Shown: positions 14,184 through 28,140 of the stretch, piece by piece
Numbering within the stretch: position 1 is the first letter of the stretch
Layout: each line of letters begins with the position of its first letter
Source of the DNA: Paraspadella gotoi
Lineage: Eukaryota; Animalia; Chaetognatha
Direction: 5' to 3'
Length of the DNA: 64,000 bases
Assembly: GCA_051294375.1 (NCBI GenBank)
Contig: CM119265.1
Span: 25,676,767 to 25,740,766 of the forward strand
The notes under the pieces: generated by a model
The model's input: the letters and a program-made list of their open reading frames with translations, nothing else
What the model was told of the DNA's origin: nothing
Databases searched by the model: none
Program-made: the position numbers and the translations under genes

Positions 14184-17100
14184 GTTTCTNNNNNNNNNNN
14201 NNNNNNNNNNNNNNNNNNNNNNNNNNNNNNNNNNNNNNNNNNNNNNNNNNNNNNNNNNNNNNNNNNNNNNNNNNNNNNNNNNNNNNNNNNNNNNNNNNNN
14301 NNNNNNNNNNNNNNNNNNNNNNNNNNNNNNNNNNNNNNNNNNNNNNNNNNNNNNNNNNNNNNNNNNNNNNNNNNNNNNNNNNNNNNNNNNNNNNNNNNNN
14401 NNNNNNNNNNNNNNNNNNNNNNNNNNNNNNNNNNNNNNNNNNNNNNNNNNNNNNNNNNNNNNNNNNNNNNNNNNNNNNNNNNNNNNNNNNNNNNNNNNNN
14501 NNNNNNNNNNNNNNNNNNNNNNNNNNNNNNNNNNNNNNNNNNNNNNNNNNNNNNNNNNNNNNNNNNNNNNNNNNNNNNNNNNNNNNNNNNNNNNNNNNNN
14601 NNNNNNNNNNNNNNNNNNNNNNNNNNNNNNNNNNNNNNNNNNNNNNNNNNNNNNNNNNNNNNNNNNNNNNNNNNNNNNNNNNNNNNNNNNNNNNNNNNNN
14701 NNNNNNNNNNNNNNNNNNNNNNNNNNNNNNNNNNNNNNNNNNNNNNNNNNNNNNNNNNNNNNNNNNNNNNNNNNNNNNNNNNNNNNNNNNNNNNNNNNNN
14801 NNNNNNNNNNNNNNNNNNNNNNNNNNNNNNNNNNNNNNNNNNNNNNNNNNNNNNNNNNNNNNNNNNNNNNNNNNNNNNNNNNNNNNNNNNNNNNNNNNNN
14901 NNNNNNNNNNNNNNNNNNNNNNNNNNNNNNNNNNNNNNNNNNNNNNNNNNNNNNNNNNNNNNNNNNNNNNNNNNNNNNNNNNNNNNNNNNNNNNNNNNNN
15001 NCTTTAGGCGACAGCAGTTTGAATCGTCAAATATGTAACCTACTTTACGATTTTTGTTACTTTTAGTTATTTTTATACTTGAAGCTAACTCTACTAATTT
15101 AGACCTTTCGCATCGACGCATTAATTTTCAGACCCGCGTTGGCGTCACGCCACGTTGACGCCGACCTCTCGGTACGCCTCCGCGACCCGAGAGGGAATTC
15201 GCGAGAAGACGCGTCAAAAATCGAAACGCGAGTTTTTGACGTTCGGGCCACGCCCATTTTCGCCCACAGTCGCCCCCCCCTTTTTCTTTTCGGTGAAGAC
15301 GGCGATGACAGTGGCTGCCGTTGTCGTCTTCCACACCCCTTATTCTCTTCCACACCCCTTGTCCTCCTCCACATCCCTCATCCTCTTCCCCCGCCCCCTT
15401 CCCCCCCTTCTCCCGGCCGAGAAGGTCAAATTTAGCCTCGTCGCGCCATCTCGGCATCGACCCCTTTTTCCTCGGGTTCAAAGTCGTCGACCCAAAACGG
15501 ATTTTTGACAGTCGGTCCGTCCGTCAGTCTGTCTGTCTGTCGATCTGTTCTCCTGTTGTTTTATTAGCGGAAAAAGGGGCGGATATATTTATTCCGATTT
15601 TTATTTAATCTTATATTCATTCGCTATATCAATTCCTATATATTCATTCCTTTATTATTCCTTCGTTACTTTTAGTCTCATCTTTGGATTCCAACGTAAT
15701 AAATCGAGATATTTCATTCTCACTATTCTCTTACGCTTGGACCGCATCTTGAATAATTGATGCGATGTGCTATGCACATGGCGAATAACTAATGCGATAT
15801 GCGATGCCCATTGTGCATAACTGATGCGATGCGAGTAATTGAAACTTCTTTTTCTTTCGCTCGCGTTTTTGCGGCGAAATCAAAATGCAAATCCTTTTTT
15901 TTTCATTCGCGTCACGTGATCATCGTTTGTCTCTCAAAAATCCCGCGGAATTTTATTTCTTCCGTTTTCTTTTGATTTGACTTGATTTTTTGGGGTTTTT
16001 TTTTTGTTTGTTTTTTCAATACTTTTTACTTTATTTTTCTTTCTCTTTTTATGAACGTATTCCAATTCTTGCCTTTTTTTCTAATTCTACCATTTTGTGC
16101 CATATTATATTGTTCATTACTTCTCTATTCTTTTCGTTGCCTTTATTTCCCCCAAACTATTTTCCGCACCTTTCTTCCCTTGTCCTCCCCTTAAAGCTCC
16201 TCTCTTCTCCTTTCTTTCCTTCTCTCGTCTCTCTTCTTTCCTCTCTTCCTCTCTCCTCTCTTCCTTTCCTCTCTTTTTCTCTCCTCTCTTCCTCTCCTCT
16301 CTTCCTCTCTCCTCCATCTCTCTCTGATCCAATGCCGCATTTCATTTCACGCATTTAAACACATTTCACGCTTCAAGAGATTTTTTAATTGAATTTTTTT
16401 TTTCCTCCTCCAAAGTTATTCCAATTTTTTTCATTCCTTTTTTTTTATTTTTTCAACTTTTGATTCTTTCTTTTTTTTCACTACTCACAAACTGGATCCT
16501 CATTCACTACAATTCACAATTCACAATTCACAATTCACAATATTGCCAGAATCGACACGACCCTCCCCCCTTCCATCTCGTCCGCCCCAAAAGGATTTAC
16601 GCTAAACACGAAAGAAGATTTCGCCATCTTGTCTCGAAAATGAGGTTATAATCCGATTTATGCGCTGCCCTTATTTTCCCGCTTTTTCTTCTCTTTTTTT
16701 TTCTTTTTAAGTTTCTTTTCTTTTTCTTGCCCCGTATTTCTCCACCTTCCATTAGTTTTCCATTTAAACTCATCTTTCCTTTTCTTTTCTCCTGTTTATT
16801 ATCTAACTTCCCCCTCAACAGCAAACCCTTACCTTCTCCCATCACCCTCCCTTTCCTCACCGAATCAAACTTTCATCTTCTCCCTTTTCTTTCCTTTTCC
16901 CTCCCTTTGCTCCTCCTTTAATTCATTCCTTTCCTCCCATTTTTTCTTTCCTTTCTATTCTTCCTCCTTTTGTTCGAATTCTTTCTCTCTTTCCTTTCCT
17001 TTTCCTCCATCCGAGCGGCCAATAGATTAACCCCTTCCTCCTTGAGTGAAAAACATCGCCTCGCTCACCTATATCCTCATTCTCACTGCCATTTTCGTCA

Positions 17101-19350
17101 TCCCTAATCCTCATCTCTCTCTCTCTATACTCTGCTCTCCTCATCGGTCTCTCTCTCTCGTTCTCTCTCTCTCCTCATCTCTCTGCTCTCTCTCTCATCT
17201 CTCCTCTCCTCCTCTCTCACACTCCTCTCCTCTCTCTCACCAAAACACACAACCCTCGGTGAGATCTCGCCCGAATTTCTTTTTCTTCAAAGAGAATCAA
17301 TTAACATCGCCCACTTGTCGCGCTTCAAGGTCCACGTCCTCACTCCTACCTACCTCCTCTCCTCCTCCGTCCTCCTTAACCCCCGCGCGCCACAGAGACA
17401 TTACCCCGCTCACCCTTTCTGTTTATCCCCCCAAAAGAAAATTTCTCACCTTATCCAATCATCCCCACCGCCGATCCTTCATCCACCAATTTACGCCCGC
17501 GCACAGATCCTTCGCCCACACCTCTGCGAATCCTTCGTCCGCACGCGACAATTCTCAACGACGGGGCGTCTGCGATTCGACGAGACGACGCAGAGCAGAG
17601 CGGAGAGACGATGCAGAAGTAGAGAAGAGCAAGAGAGACCGAGAGAGAGAGCAGCAGAGAGCAGATGACGCAGAGAGACGAGAGCAGAGAGAAGAGATGC
17701 ATGAAGCGAGACATTCTTTTCTGAGTGGATCTCCATCCGGATACATTCTAAGAATCTAAGATAAAGAAACCATTTTTGTTTTTTTTCTTTTTTCTGTTTT
17801 TACTTTCCTTTCTTCTAATTTTTTACTTTTCTTATCCTGCTTTCCATAATACTTCTCTTCTTCGCATTGCTCTTCTCTCTCTCATCTCTCTTCGACTCTG
17901 CTCTCTCTCTCTATCTCTCCTCCTCTCTCTTCTCTCGTGCTCTCTACATCATAGCCATCCATTACTCTCTTTCTCTCTCATCTTTATCTCGTCACATCTC
18001 GATTTCTCATCCCTTCCTTCTATCTTTCTCTGCCCTCCCATTTCTCTCTCCCTGCTCCATCCTCCTCAACACTGTTCTCGTCCCCGATCCTCCATCCTCT
18101 CTTCCTCTTCCTCCGCTCCTTTTCTCTCTCTCTACCCCTCCTCCCTCCCCCGCATTCTCTCCCCTCACTCTCTCCCTCTCAAATCAAACCCGTTAAGAGT
18201 CCACTCGCTTTCCAGTCGCATATACGTAGCTGTCTTTGAATAAAAGTCAAGCGAAGAAGATTTTTCATACAAAAACATACTGTGCACAGGAAGTTGCCAA
18301 TATCTCAAGGTACACGAGTTCTGCATCTCGAAAGAGTCACCGTTTTTTGAAATGTTCTCGTGATTTCGCAGACGACGACGACGACGACGTACGACGACGA
18401 AGACGACCGCTTGAAAATAAAAAAAACCTCTGTTCTGTTTCGTGGAATCGGATTTCTCTTCGTCGAGGACTTTTGAACTATCGTTGCGCCGTGGACGCCC
18501 TCCCCCCCTTCGCCCCCTCCCCTTTAATTGGCGTCTAACACCCACTTCCACCTCCTCATCCTCACTCCTCATCGTATCTCCTCATCCTTCTTCCTCCTCC
18601 TCCTCCCACCGCCCCCTCCTCACTGTTATCCCCTCGTCGAATTGAAATCTGAAACTCCCTGCGGGCGCGAAAGAAAAAAGGATGAGGTCATCAGCTGGTC
18701 GTACGTCGTCGTTATTCATCGTAGTTGTGGATCATACAAGTGGTCATTGAGCTGCAATTTATCTCCGTCGCAGTAGAATATGTCAATAATTCCAACAAAG
18801 ACAATAACATTACAGATATTGTGTAAGCTAAATGGGACAAACTTTAAAAACGTATTCTATTTTACAATCACGGAATTTTTGTCGCCGGTTGTTCTTCTTG
18901 TTCTGCTAAATTGGAGGTTAGAATGCCGTCGTCGGTTGGTTTATAGTCGTCGTTTTCGTCGTCGTCTTGCATCGGCTGTCGTCCTTCACCCCTGCCTACT
19001 TCTTCCTCCTCCTCCACTCCACCTCCCTCCCCGTGCCTTCTTTCCCCCCCCCGCACGACCACGCCTTACGTCATCACAGATGTTCGAATCCTTGATGTTA
19101 GCACCTGCTGCGGTCAGCCTCTCGCCTCCCCCTTCCTCCAACCTGCGCGTCAGACCAGCACGCCGCACACTATCCTCTACTCTCCGCCCTCTCCCTCCAC
19201 TAACCCTGACCCACTAGTTGCTCCCTTCAGCTGTCAATCAAATGTTCCCCCCCCCCAGCGCGAAACGCACGTGCCACGCCCATCGGTAGACCGCCCTCTT
19301 TAAGCGCCGGCCAAGCCGCACGCGGAAGAGAGAAAAGAGAGAGAGAGACG

Positions 19351-19384
<34 letters not shown>

Positions 19385-21374
19385 CAGAGAGAGAGAGAGA
19401 GAAGAGAGAGAACGAGAGAGCAGAGGATAGAGGGAACGCAGAACTCCACGTCGCGCATTCCGGTGCNNNNNNNNNNNNNNNNNNNNNNNNNNNNNNNNNN
19501 NNNNNNNNNNNNNNNNNNNNNNNNNNNNNNNNNNNNNNNNNNNNNNNNNNNNNNNNNNNNNNNNNNNNNNNNNNNNNNNNNNNNNNNNNNNNNNNNNNNN
19601 NNNNNNNNNNNNNNNNNNNNNNNNNNNNNNNNNNNNNNNNNNNNNNNNNNNNNNNNNNNNNNNNNNNNNNNNNNNNNNNNNNNNNNNNNNNNNNNNNNNN
19701 NNNNNNNNNNNNNNNNNNNNNNNNNNNNNNNNNNNNNNNNNNNNNNNNNNNNNNNNNNNNNNNNNNNNNNNNNNNNNNNNNNNNNNNNNNNNNNNNNNNN
19801 NNNNNNNNNNNNNNNNNNNNNNNNNNNNNNNNNNNNNNNNNNNNNNNNNNNNNNNNNNNNNNNNNNNNNNNNNNNNNNNNNNNNNNNNNNNNNNNNNNNN
19901 NNNNNNNNNNNNNNNNNNNNNNNNNNNNNNNNNNNNNNNNNNNNNNNNNNNNNNNNNNNNNNNNNNNNNNNNNNNNNNNNNNNNNNNNNNNNNNNNNNNN
20001 NNNNNNNNNNNNNNNNNNNNNNNNNNNNNNNNNNNNNNNNNNNNNNNNNNNNNNNNNNNNNNNNNNNNNNNNNNNNNNNNNNNNNNNNNNNNNNNNNNNN
20101 NNNNNNNNNNNNNNNNNNNNNNNNNNNNNNNNNNNNNNNNNNNNNNNNNNNNNNNNNNNNNNNNNNNNNNNNNNNNNNNNNNNNNNNNNNNNNNNNNNNN
20201 NNNNNNNNNNNNNNNNNNNNNNNNNNNNNNNNNNNNNNNNNNNNNNNNNNNNNNNNNNNNNNNNNNNNNNNNNNNNNNNNNNNNNNNNNNNNNNNNNNNN
20301 NNNNNNNNNNNNNNNNNNNNNNNNNNNNNNNNNNNNNNNNNNNNNNNNNNNNNNNNNNNNNNNNNNNNNNNNNNNNNNNNNNNNNNNNNNNNNNNNNNNN
20401 NNNNNNNNNNNNNNNNNNNNNNNNNNNNNNNNNNNNNNNNNNNNNNNNNNNNNNNNNNNNATAAAAGCAGCGACGATGCGGAGGCGAGGAAAGTCGGAAG
20501 GTAGGGTGAGGGTAAGGATAAAGGGGTGAGGGAGGAATAGAAATTAACGCCGCCAGTGAAAGGCGGCGAGAAAGGCGGCGGAGGAAAAACAAGATGGCGG
20601 CGAACGCTACGAAAACCGAAAAGAGGTTTAGATTTCGCGGGAAAATATGAAACGAGAAACTTATTTGTCGAAAAATAAAAAATTGAGACAAAGAAAAAAA
20701 AAATCTTGAAAATTTGAAATTCTGTTCGATTCGAAAATAAATTGGAAAAAAAAAGGTGAAAAAACAAAGGAAAATAAAGGAAAGAGAAAAAAAAATAGGG
20801 AATTGGAAACCTGATTTGCATTTTAGCGAAGGTTGAAAGGAGAGCTCAGGACCAAGGACGCCCGNNNNNNNNNNNNNNNNNNNNNNNNNNNNNNNNNNNN
20901 NNNNNNNNNNNNNNNNNNNNNNNNNNNNNNNNNNNNNNNNNNNNNNNNNNNNNNNNNNNNNNNNNNNNNNNNNNNNNNNNNNNNNNNNNNNNNNNNNNNN
21001 NNNNNNNNNNNNNNNNNNNNNNNNNNNNNNNNNNNNNNNNNNNNNNNNNNNNNNNNNNNNNNNNNNNNNNNNNNNNNNNNGGAAACAAAAGCAGAGGCGA
21101 AACGAATTTAAAAGAGATGAGAGAAGGAAGGAAAGAAAGAAAGACAAAAAGACAGAAAGAGCTTTGTGATGAGAATAGTATGCATTCAGTCTGAAATCAT
21201 TATAAATCAATAACTTTATTTTTTTTTCTCTGTTTCTTCTCTGATTTTTTCTTTCCTTTTTTTTTCTTTTTTCTCGACTTTAATCTTATGAAAAGATTCC
21301 AAGAGGCGATTCACCTTTTTCTCTCCCTTGGTCTCTTTTTATGGATTCCAATGAAGAGGACGTTGACACACCTC

Positions 21375-21407
<33 letters not shown>

Positions 21408-22580
21408 ACGACGACAACGACGACGACGAACGACGACAACGACGACGTTGACAGTGAAAAATAATCCGATAAACCTTAACTTTTGACTCTGACGGTTGAG
21501 AGGAACGACAAGTAATCTTGGGACAAAAGGAATTATTAAAAGTGAAAATATGATAATTTTATTTGTTGAAAACTTGGATTAATCTTCGGGCAAACGTCGC
21601 GTTTTTAAGAAAAGACATGAACTTTTAAAAAAATCCTAGTAAATTGTTCCCTCGTTGGTTTTTAAACTTAATCAAATGTGATTTTTTATCCCAATTTTTT
21701 TTAATTCTGCTTTCGACGATGTTTATTTTTAACACCATAAAAAATCTCCATTTCACCCGTGGTGCGAATTTTGGTTGTTATCTTCCTTTTTTTGTNNNNN
21801 NNNNNNNNNNNNNNNNNNNNGAGAGAAGAAGATATGGGCGTAAATGAGAGGGAAGGAATTAGGGCGATGGAGTGGTGATAAGGGGAGAAGATGGGGGCGC
21901 TCTCACGGAGGTACGATGGGGTCGGACGCGAGGGTTGTGTGACTGAAGGCCAGATAGGCGCGCTACCGGTTGGGTGGAAGGGTAAGAAAGAGAATGAAAT
22001 GAGGGAGCAGATGGAAATAAAAAGAGGGTGGAATGAAGGAAGTAGATCGAGAATCGAATGGGAGAGAATATAAAACAGCGTTAATCAATCAAAAATAATT
22101 TTTAATCAAACGCGTTTTAGTTTTATACAGGCGATAACTTTACAATCTATTTGCTCGACACGTTAATTTTCTGTTAACTATTCTTTAAACTTACCTTCAA
22201 ATGTGGCGCAACGCGACAACGATGGATCCGAGTGAGTTGAGAGTCCGCGACTGCATAGTGGTAAGATTCCTTACGTCGGGTCTGTCCGTTCAGAAGTGTG
22301 GACTATATCTGCGAATGGTAAAGAAATAAAAGAAATAAATATAATTTAATTTAAGGTTCATCCCGCACGAATTATGTATCAGCGAATCGAAGAACGCGAC
22401 AAAAAACGACAACGGCGCAATAAAAACTGCGAACAATTCGACAAGAAACAACAACAAGAACGACAACAGACAACAACAATAACAAGAGAACAACAATAAC
22501 AAGAAGAACTAACAATAAGCAGGAACCAACACAACAAGAACAACATCAAGAACAACAAACAACATCAGCACCAAACAAGA

Positions 22581-25500
22581 AGACAAAAAACCATGCCACC
22601 AAGAAAATGAATGAAACAACAATAACAAACAACAACAACAACAATTTAACAACTAACGACAACGAACAACAAAAGATAACAGGCATCTACAAGCAACGAA
22701 AACAGTAACAACAACACAAGAATAACGGCAACATAACAACTAAAACCACAACAATGAACAACAAGACAACAACTCGTATTTGTGCAGCTTGGATTTATAT
22801 ATGTTACTTGCCTTTCAAAGTCAAAAATTGATTGTCCCTTACTTCACACGTCGACGCGAGGCTTCGGATTATCGCGACGCCACGTCGCAATTCCAAGTAT
22901 GGGCGGCCGGCGCTTTGATCGCCCAACGACAATCTCGCGGTTGAGAGAGCGAAAGAAAGTCGCGGTAATGAGGGAATGAGAGGGGGAGGGCTGTTGAGAG
23001 AATGGGAGGCGAGGGGGGAGAGGTTAATTGTTGATGGAGAGAGAGGAGAGAGAGAGAGAGGAGAGACAGAGAAGAGAGAGAGAGAAGAGTAGAGAGAAGA
23101 AGAGACTGAGAGAGAGAGAGAGAGAGTGAGAGAGAGTGATTGACAATGCTTCATAAAATGGAAAATTAGAATGAAAGACAATTGAAAACTGCGGAAATTT
23201 TTAATTTTTTGACTCTAAAGTTAACACAACATTAAGAGGCGAGCCCTAATTTTTCTTTGTAGTTTAGAGCAAGTTATTTTACTGGGGATTTACCTAAAAG
23301 AGAACTCGAAAATAAGCACTAGACATAAGCTCTCAATAAGACGAACGCCTAATAACGAAAAAAAGCGCTTTATACTGAGAGAGCGGAAAGCAACGGGGGA
23401 GAACATTAAATAGCTCGATTAACACGAGACAAAATAGAGTTTCGAAGCAAACAATAACAAAAAACAATGGTTTTGAAAAAAAAACGAAAGAAGAAAATTT
23501 GTTCCGTTGGGAAGAAAATTATTAATTTTAAGTAATAAAAATTTGCAAAAACAATCGTCAAAAGGGGGAGGAGGAGGCAGGAGGAGGAGGAGGAGGAGTA
23601 AGAAGAGAGAGAGAAGGAAAAAGAAGGAGGGAATAAAGGAAAAGGAGAATTTATTAAAGGTAAGAAAGGAAAAATGGAGCTATAGATTTTTTAAGAAATA
23701 TAAATGGAACAACTTATTGAAAAAGAAAAAAATGTAGATAGAAGAAGAATTAAAGGAAGCGTTTAAATTAACAAAAGTTTGAAAAATAAAAAGCATGAAA
23801 AGAAAAAGAAAGAAAAAGAAAGACAAAAGAAAAGAGAAAAACAAAAAAGAGAAAAGAGAAAAAAGAGAAAGAGAAAAAAAAGAGAAAGACAGAAAAGAGA
23901 AAGATCAAAAAAGAGAAAGACAAAAAAAGGACAAAAAAAAGAGAAAGACAAAAAGAGAAAGACAAAGAGAAAGACAAAAAAAGAGAAAAGACAAAAGAAA
24001 GAGAAAGACAATAAAAGAGAAAGACAAAAAAGAGAAAGACAAAAAAGAGAAAGACAAAGAACAGAGAAGACTAAAAAAAGGATAGATAAGCCCTTTCTCC
24101 AGCCTCCCTCTCTCATTCCTACCGCGACTTTCGTTTCGTCTCTCAACCGCGAGATGTCGTGGCGATCAAAGGCCGGGCCGCCATCTTGAATTGCGACGTG
24201 GCGGGAAATCCGAAGCCTCGCGTCGAGTGGAAGAAGGACAATCAATTTTTGACTCTGAAGGAAGAACAGAGGAGAGAGATTCTGGCCAATGGGAGGCGGA
24301 CAAACGACGACGCAACGACGACAACGACGGACGTTGTGACACGTGAAAAATAATCGCGATAAACCTTAACTTTTGCACTTCTGACGCGTTTGGAGATCGA
24401 AACGACAAGTAATCTTGCCGGACAAAAACTGGAGATTATTAAAAGTTATAAATATTGATAATTTTAATTTGTTGAATATAACCTTTGGCATTTAATTTCG
24501 GCATAACGTTTCTCGTTGCGGTTTTTTAAGAAAAGACATAACTTTTAAACAAATCTCTAGTTAAAATTGCTCCCTCTGTTAGCGTTTTTTTTAACTAATC
24601 AAATGTGATTTTTTATCCCCAATTTGTTTTTTATTACTGCTTTCGACGATGTTTCATTTTTAACATCATAAAAAATTTCCATTTCACCCGATGGGTGCGA
24701 ATTTTGGTTGCTTATCTATCCTTTTTTTAGTCTTCTCTGTTCTTTGTCTTTCTCTTTTTTGTCTTTCTCTTTTTTGTCTTTCTCTTTTATTGTCTTTCTC
24801 TTTCTTTTGTCTTTTCTCTTTTTTTGTCTTTCTCTTTGTCTTTCTCTTTTTGTCTTTCTCTTTTTTTTGTCCTTTTTTTGTCTTTCTCTTTTTTGATCTT
24901 TCTCTTTTCTGTCTTTCTCTTTTTTTTCTCTTTCTCTTTTTTCTCTTTTCTCTTTTTTGTTTTTCTCTTTTCTTTTGTCTTTCTTTTTCTTTCTTTTTCT
25001 TTTCATGCTTTTTATTTTTCAAACTTTTGTTAATTTAAACGCTTCCTTTAATTCTTCTTCTATCTACATTTTTTTCTTTTTCAATAAGTTGTTCCATTTA
25101 TATTTCTTAAAAAATCTATAGCTCCATTTTTCCTTTCTTACCTTTAATAAATTCTCCTTTTCCTTTATTCCCTCCTTCTTTTTCCTTCTCTCTCTCTTCT
25201 TACTCCTCCTCCTCCTCCTCCTGCCTCCTCCTCCCCCTTTTGACGATTGTTTTTGCAAATTTTTATTACTTAAAATTAATAATTTTCTTCCCAACGGAAC
25301 AAATTTTCTTCTTTCGTTTTTTTTTCAAAACCATTGTTTTTTGTTATTGTTTGCTTCGAAACTCTATTTTGTCTCGTGTTAATCGAGCTATTTAATGTTC
25401 TCCCCCGTTGCTTTCCGCTCTCTCAGTATAAAGCGCTTTTTTTCGTTATTAGGCGTTCGTCTTATTGAGAGCTTATGTCTAGTGCTTATTTTCGAGTTCT

Positions 25501-26220
25501 CTTTTAGGTAAATCCCCAGTAAAATAACTTGCTCTAAACTACAAAGAAAAATTAGGGCTCGCCTCTTAATGTTGTGTTAACTTTAGAGTCAAAAAATTAA
25601 AAATTTCCGCAGTTTTCAATTGTCTTTCATTCTAATTTTCCATTTTATGAAGCATTGTCAATCACTCTCTCTCACTCTCTCTCTCTCTCTCTCAGTCTCT
25701 TCTTCTCTCTACTCTTCTCTCTCTCTCTTCTCTGTCTCTCCTCTCTCTCTCTCTCCTCTCTCTCCATCAACAATTAACCTCTCCCCCCTCGCCTCCCATT
25801 CTCTCAACAGCCCTCCCCCTCTCATTCCCTCATTACCGCGACTTTCTTTCGCTCTCTCAACCGCGAGATTGTCGTTGGGCGATCAAAGCGCCGGCCGCCC
25901 ATACTTGGAATTGCGACGTGGCGTCGCGATAATCCGAAGCCTCGCGTCGACGTGTGAAGTAAGGGACAATCAATTTTTGACTTTGAAAGGCAAGTAACAT
26001 ATATAAATCCAAGCTGCACAAATACGAGTTGTTGTCTTGTTGTTCATTGTTGTGGTTTTAGTTGTTATGTTGCCGTTATTCTTGTGTTGTTGTTACTGTT
26101 TTCGTTGCTTGTAGATGCCTGTTATCTTTTGTTGTTCGTTGTCGTTAGTTGTTAAATTGTTGTTGTTGTTGTTTGTTATTGTTGTTTCATTCATTTTCTT
26201 GGTGGCATGGTTTTTTGTCT
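22581..26220. repeat. Inverted repeat, ~1.5 kb arms (22581-24091 / 24710-26220), with a noisy extension to ~21821 / ~26850
   Basis: Mirror ORFs with identical translations, coordinates summing to 48801; arm ends checked by eye; N gaps nearby. Confidence 0.92.
24103..24295 (+). CDS. NEO1: DCC/neogenin exon, Ig1 N-terminal part
   Basis: ctccag|(A)[63 protein letters not shown]; the 3' end runs into a noisy assembly junction. Confidence 0.9.
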
Positions 26221-28062
26221 NNNNNNNNNNNNNNNNNNNNNNNNNTCTTGTTGTTGCTGATGTTGTTGTTGCTCTTGTTGTTGTTCTTGTTGTTGTTGTT
26301 CTTGTTATTGTTGTTGTTCTTGTTATTGTTGCTCTTCCTGTTATTGTTGTTGTTCTTGTTGTCGTTCTCTTTATTGTTTCTGTCGATGTCGCAGTTTTTA
26401 TTGCGGTTGTCGTTTTGTCTTTCTTCTGTTGCTGATACATAATTCGTGGATGAACCTTAATTAATTATTTTTAATGACATAGTATTTTTATCTCTTTTAT
26501 TTCTTACCATACGCAGATAATCCACACTCGAACGGAACGACCCGACGAAGGAACTTACCAATGCGTCGCGACTCTCAACTCACTCGGATCCATCGTGTCG
26601 CGTTTGGCCACATTGAAGGTAAGTTTAAAAATAGAACGAAATAACTTCAAGCAAATAGATTGTAAAGTTATAGTGAAAAACTAAAACGGTTGATTAAAAA
26701 TTATTTTTATTATAAACCCTGTTTAATATTCTCTCTCTGATCTCGATCTACTTCCTCATCCACCCTCTTTTTATTTTCATCTGCCCCTCATACCTCCATT
26801 CTTACCCTTCCACCCAACGTCCCATCTACTCCCCATCCGCGACCAGAAAAAATTCCAATCCACCACCCTCCTCCACAACCCCAAACCCACCCCCGAACCC
26901 CCAAGCGTGGTTTTGCAAAGACGGTCGCCCTCTGACCTCCAGTCGCCACGGATGCGCGTCCATCACCGTCGGGCGACTCGAGATCGGATTCAGTGCGAAC
27001 TTCGCCGACATAAGGGCGGTACCGGGCTGCGGCGCGGAGAACGCCGTGGCGGAGCGCAGCAGCGCCGAGGCGGGCTGCGACGTCGTTTTTAAGGCCGCGT
27101 GAGTTGTTTTTTTTTTTTTGTTTTTTGTTTTTTGTGTGTTGTTCTTTTTCTTTACGGAGGAATTGTTTGTTTGGTTATATTTAAATACGTGGTTGTTTAT
27201 TCATGAGGTGAAGCGGTAGTGTTTACTCTTTTCATTTAATATATATAATCATACACAATATTTTGTTAATTTATTATCCACTTTAAATTTTTAATGAATG
27301 TTATTTCATAAATGACTATGATATGAATTCATATCAAAATCATGTCGCATTCGCCATGATCATCACTCCCCCCCCTACGCATCCCCACCGCCTCGATCTC
27401 CCCCCTCAATCTACCACCCCTATCGAATTCCCCCTCGATCTCCCCCCCCTCTATCTCCCCCCACATTTTTCGATCCCCTCGGATCTCCCCTCCCCCCCTC
27501 AGATCTCCCCCCTCGACCCCCCCCTCGCGTATCCTCCCCCGCCTCTTCGATCCCCGACCCCTTCGACTCTCCCCCCTCTGATCTCCCCCCCCCTCGATCT
27601 CCACCCCCCTCGATCTCACCCCCCTCTTCGATCTCCGCCCCACTCAAGTCTCCCGCCCCTTGATCCCCCCCTCGATCCCCCCCATCGATCCCCCTCCTCG
27701 ATCTCCTCCCTCGATCCCACCCCTCGATCCCCCCTCGAACTCCGCCCCTCGATCCCCCCCCTCATCCCCCCCCTCGATCCCCCCCTCGATCCCCCGCTCA
27801 GATCCCTCGAGTCGCCCCGCTCGATCCCAACCCCCCTCCGAACCCCCCTCGAGCTCCCCTCGATCCTCCCTCGATCCCCCCCTCATCTCCCCCCCCTCGT
27901 CTCCCCCCCCCCCATACAGAATCACATGCCCAGTTGGATCGTCTCTCCCTCTGACCGCACCGTCCAAGTCGGTCAGTCGGTCACCATCGACTGCGTTCCT
28001 TCGGATTCCCCAAACCTCCGTCGATTGGCTCAAGGACTCGGCCACCATCGACGTCAGGTGAG

Positions 28063-28097
<35 letters not shown>

Positions 28098-28108
28098 GAG
28101 AGAGAGAC

Positions 28109-28140
<32 letters not shown>

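Noticed and set aside
17046-19460. 237-aa and other ORFs in the first intron region
   Set aside because: Low-complexity, noisy sequence with no domain signature or consistent splice signals.
13963-21210. Long ORFs of 300-636 aa in the track
   Set aside because: They are open only because they cross N runs or CT/GA microsatellites; the same applies to the X-rich ORFs elsewhere.
23779-24090. Lys/Arg/Glu-rich ORFs (and mirror Phe/Leu/Ser ORFs at 24691-25038)
   Set aside because: Translation of an (AAAAGAGAAAGAC)-like purine repeat.
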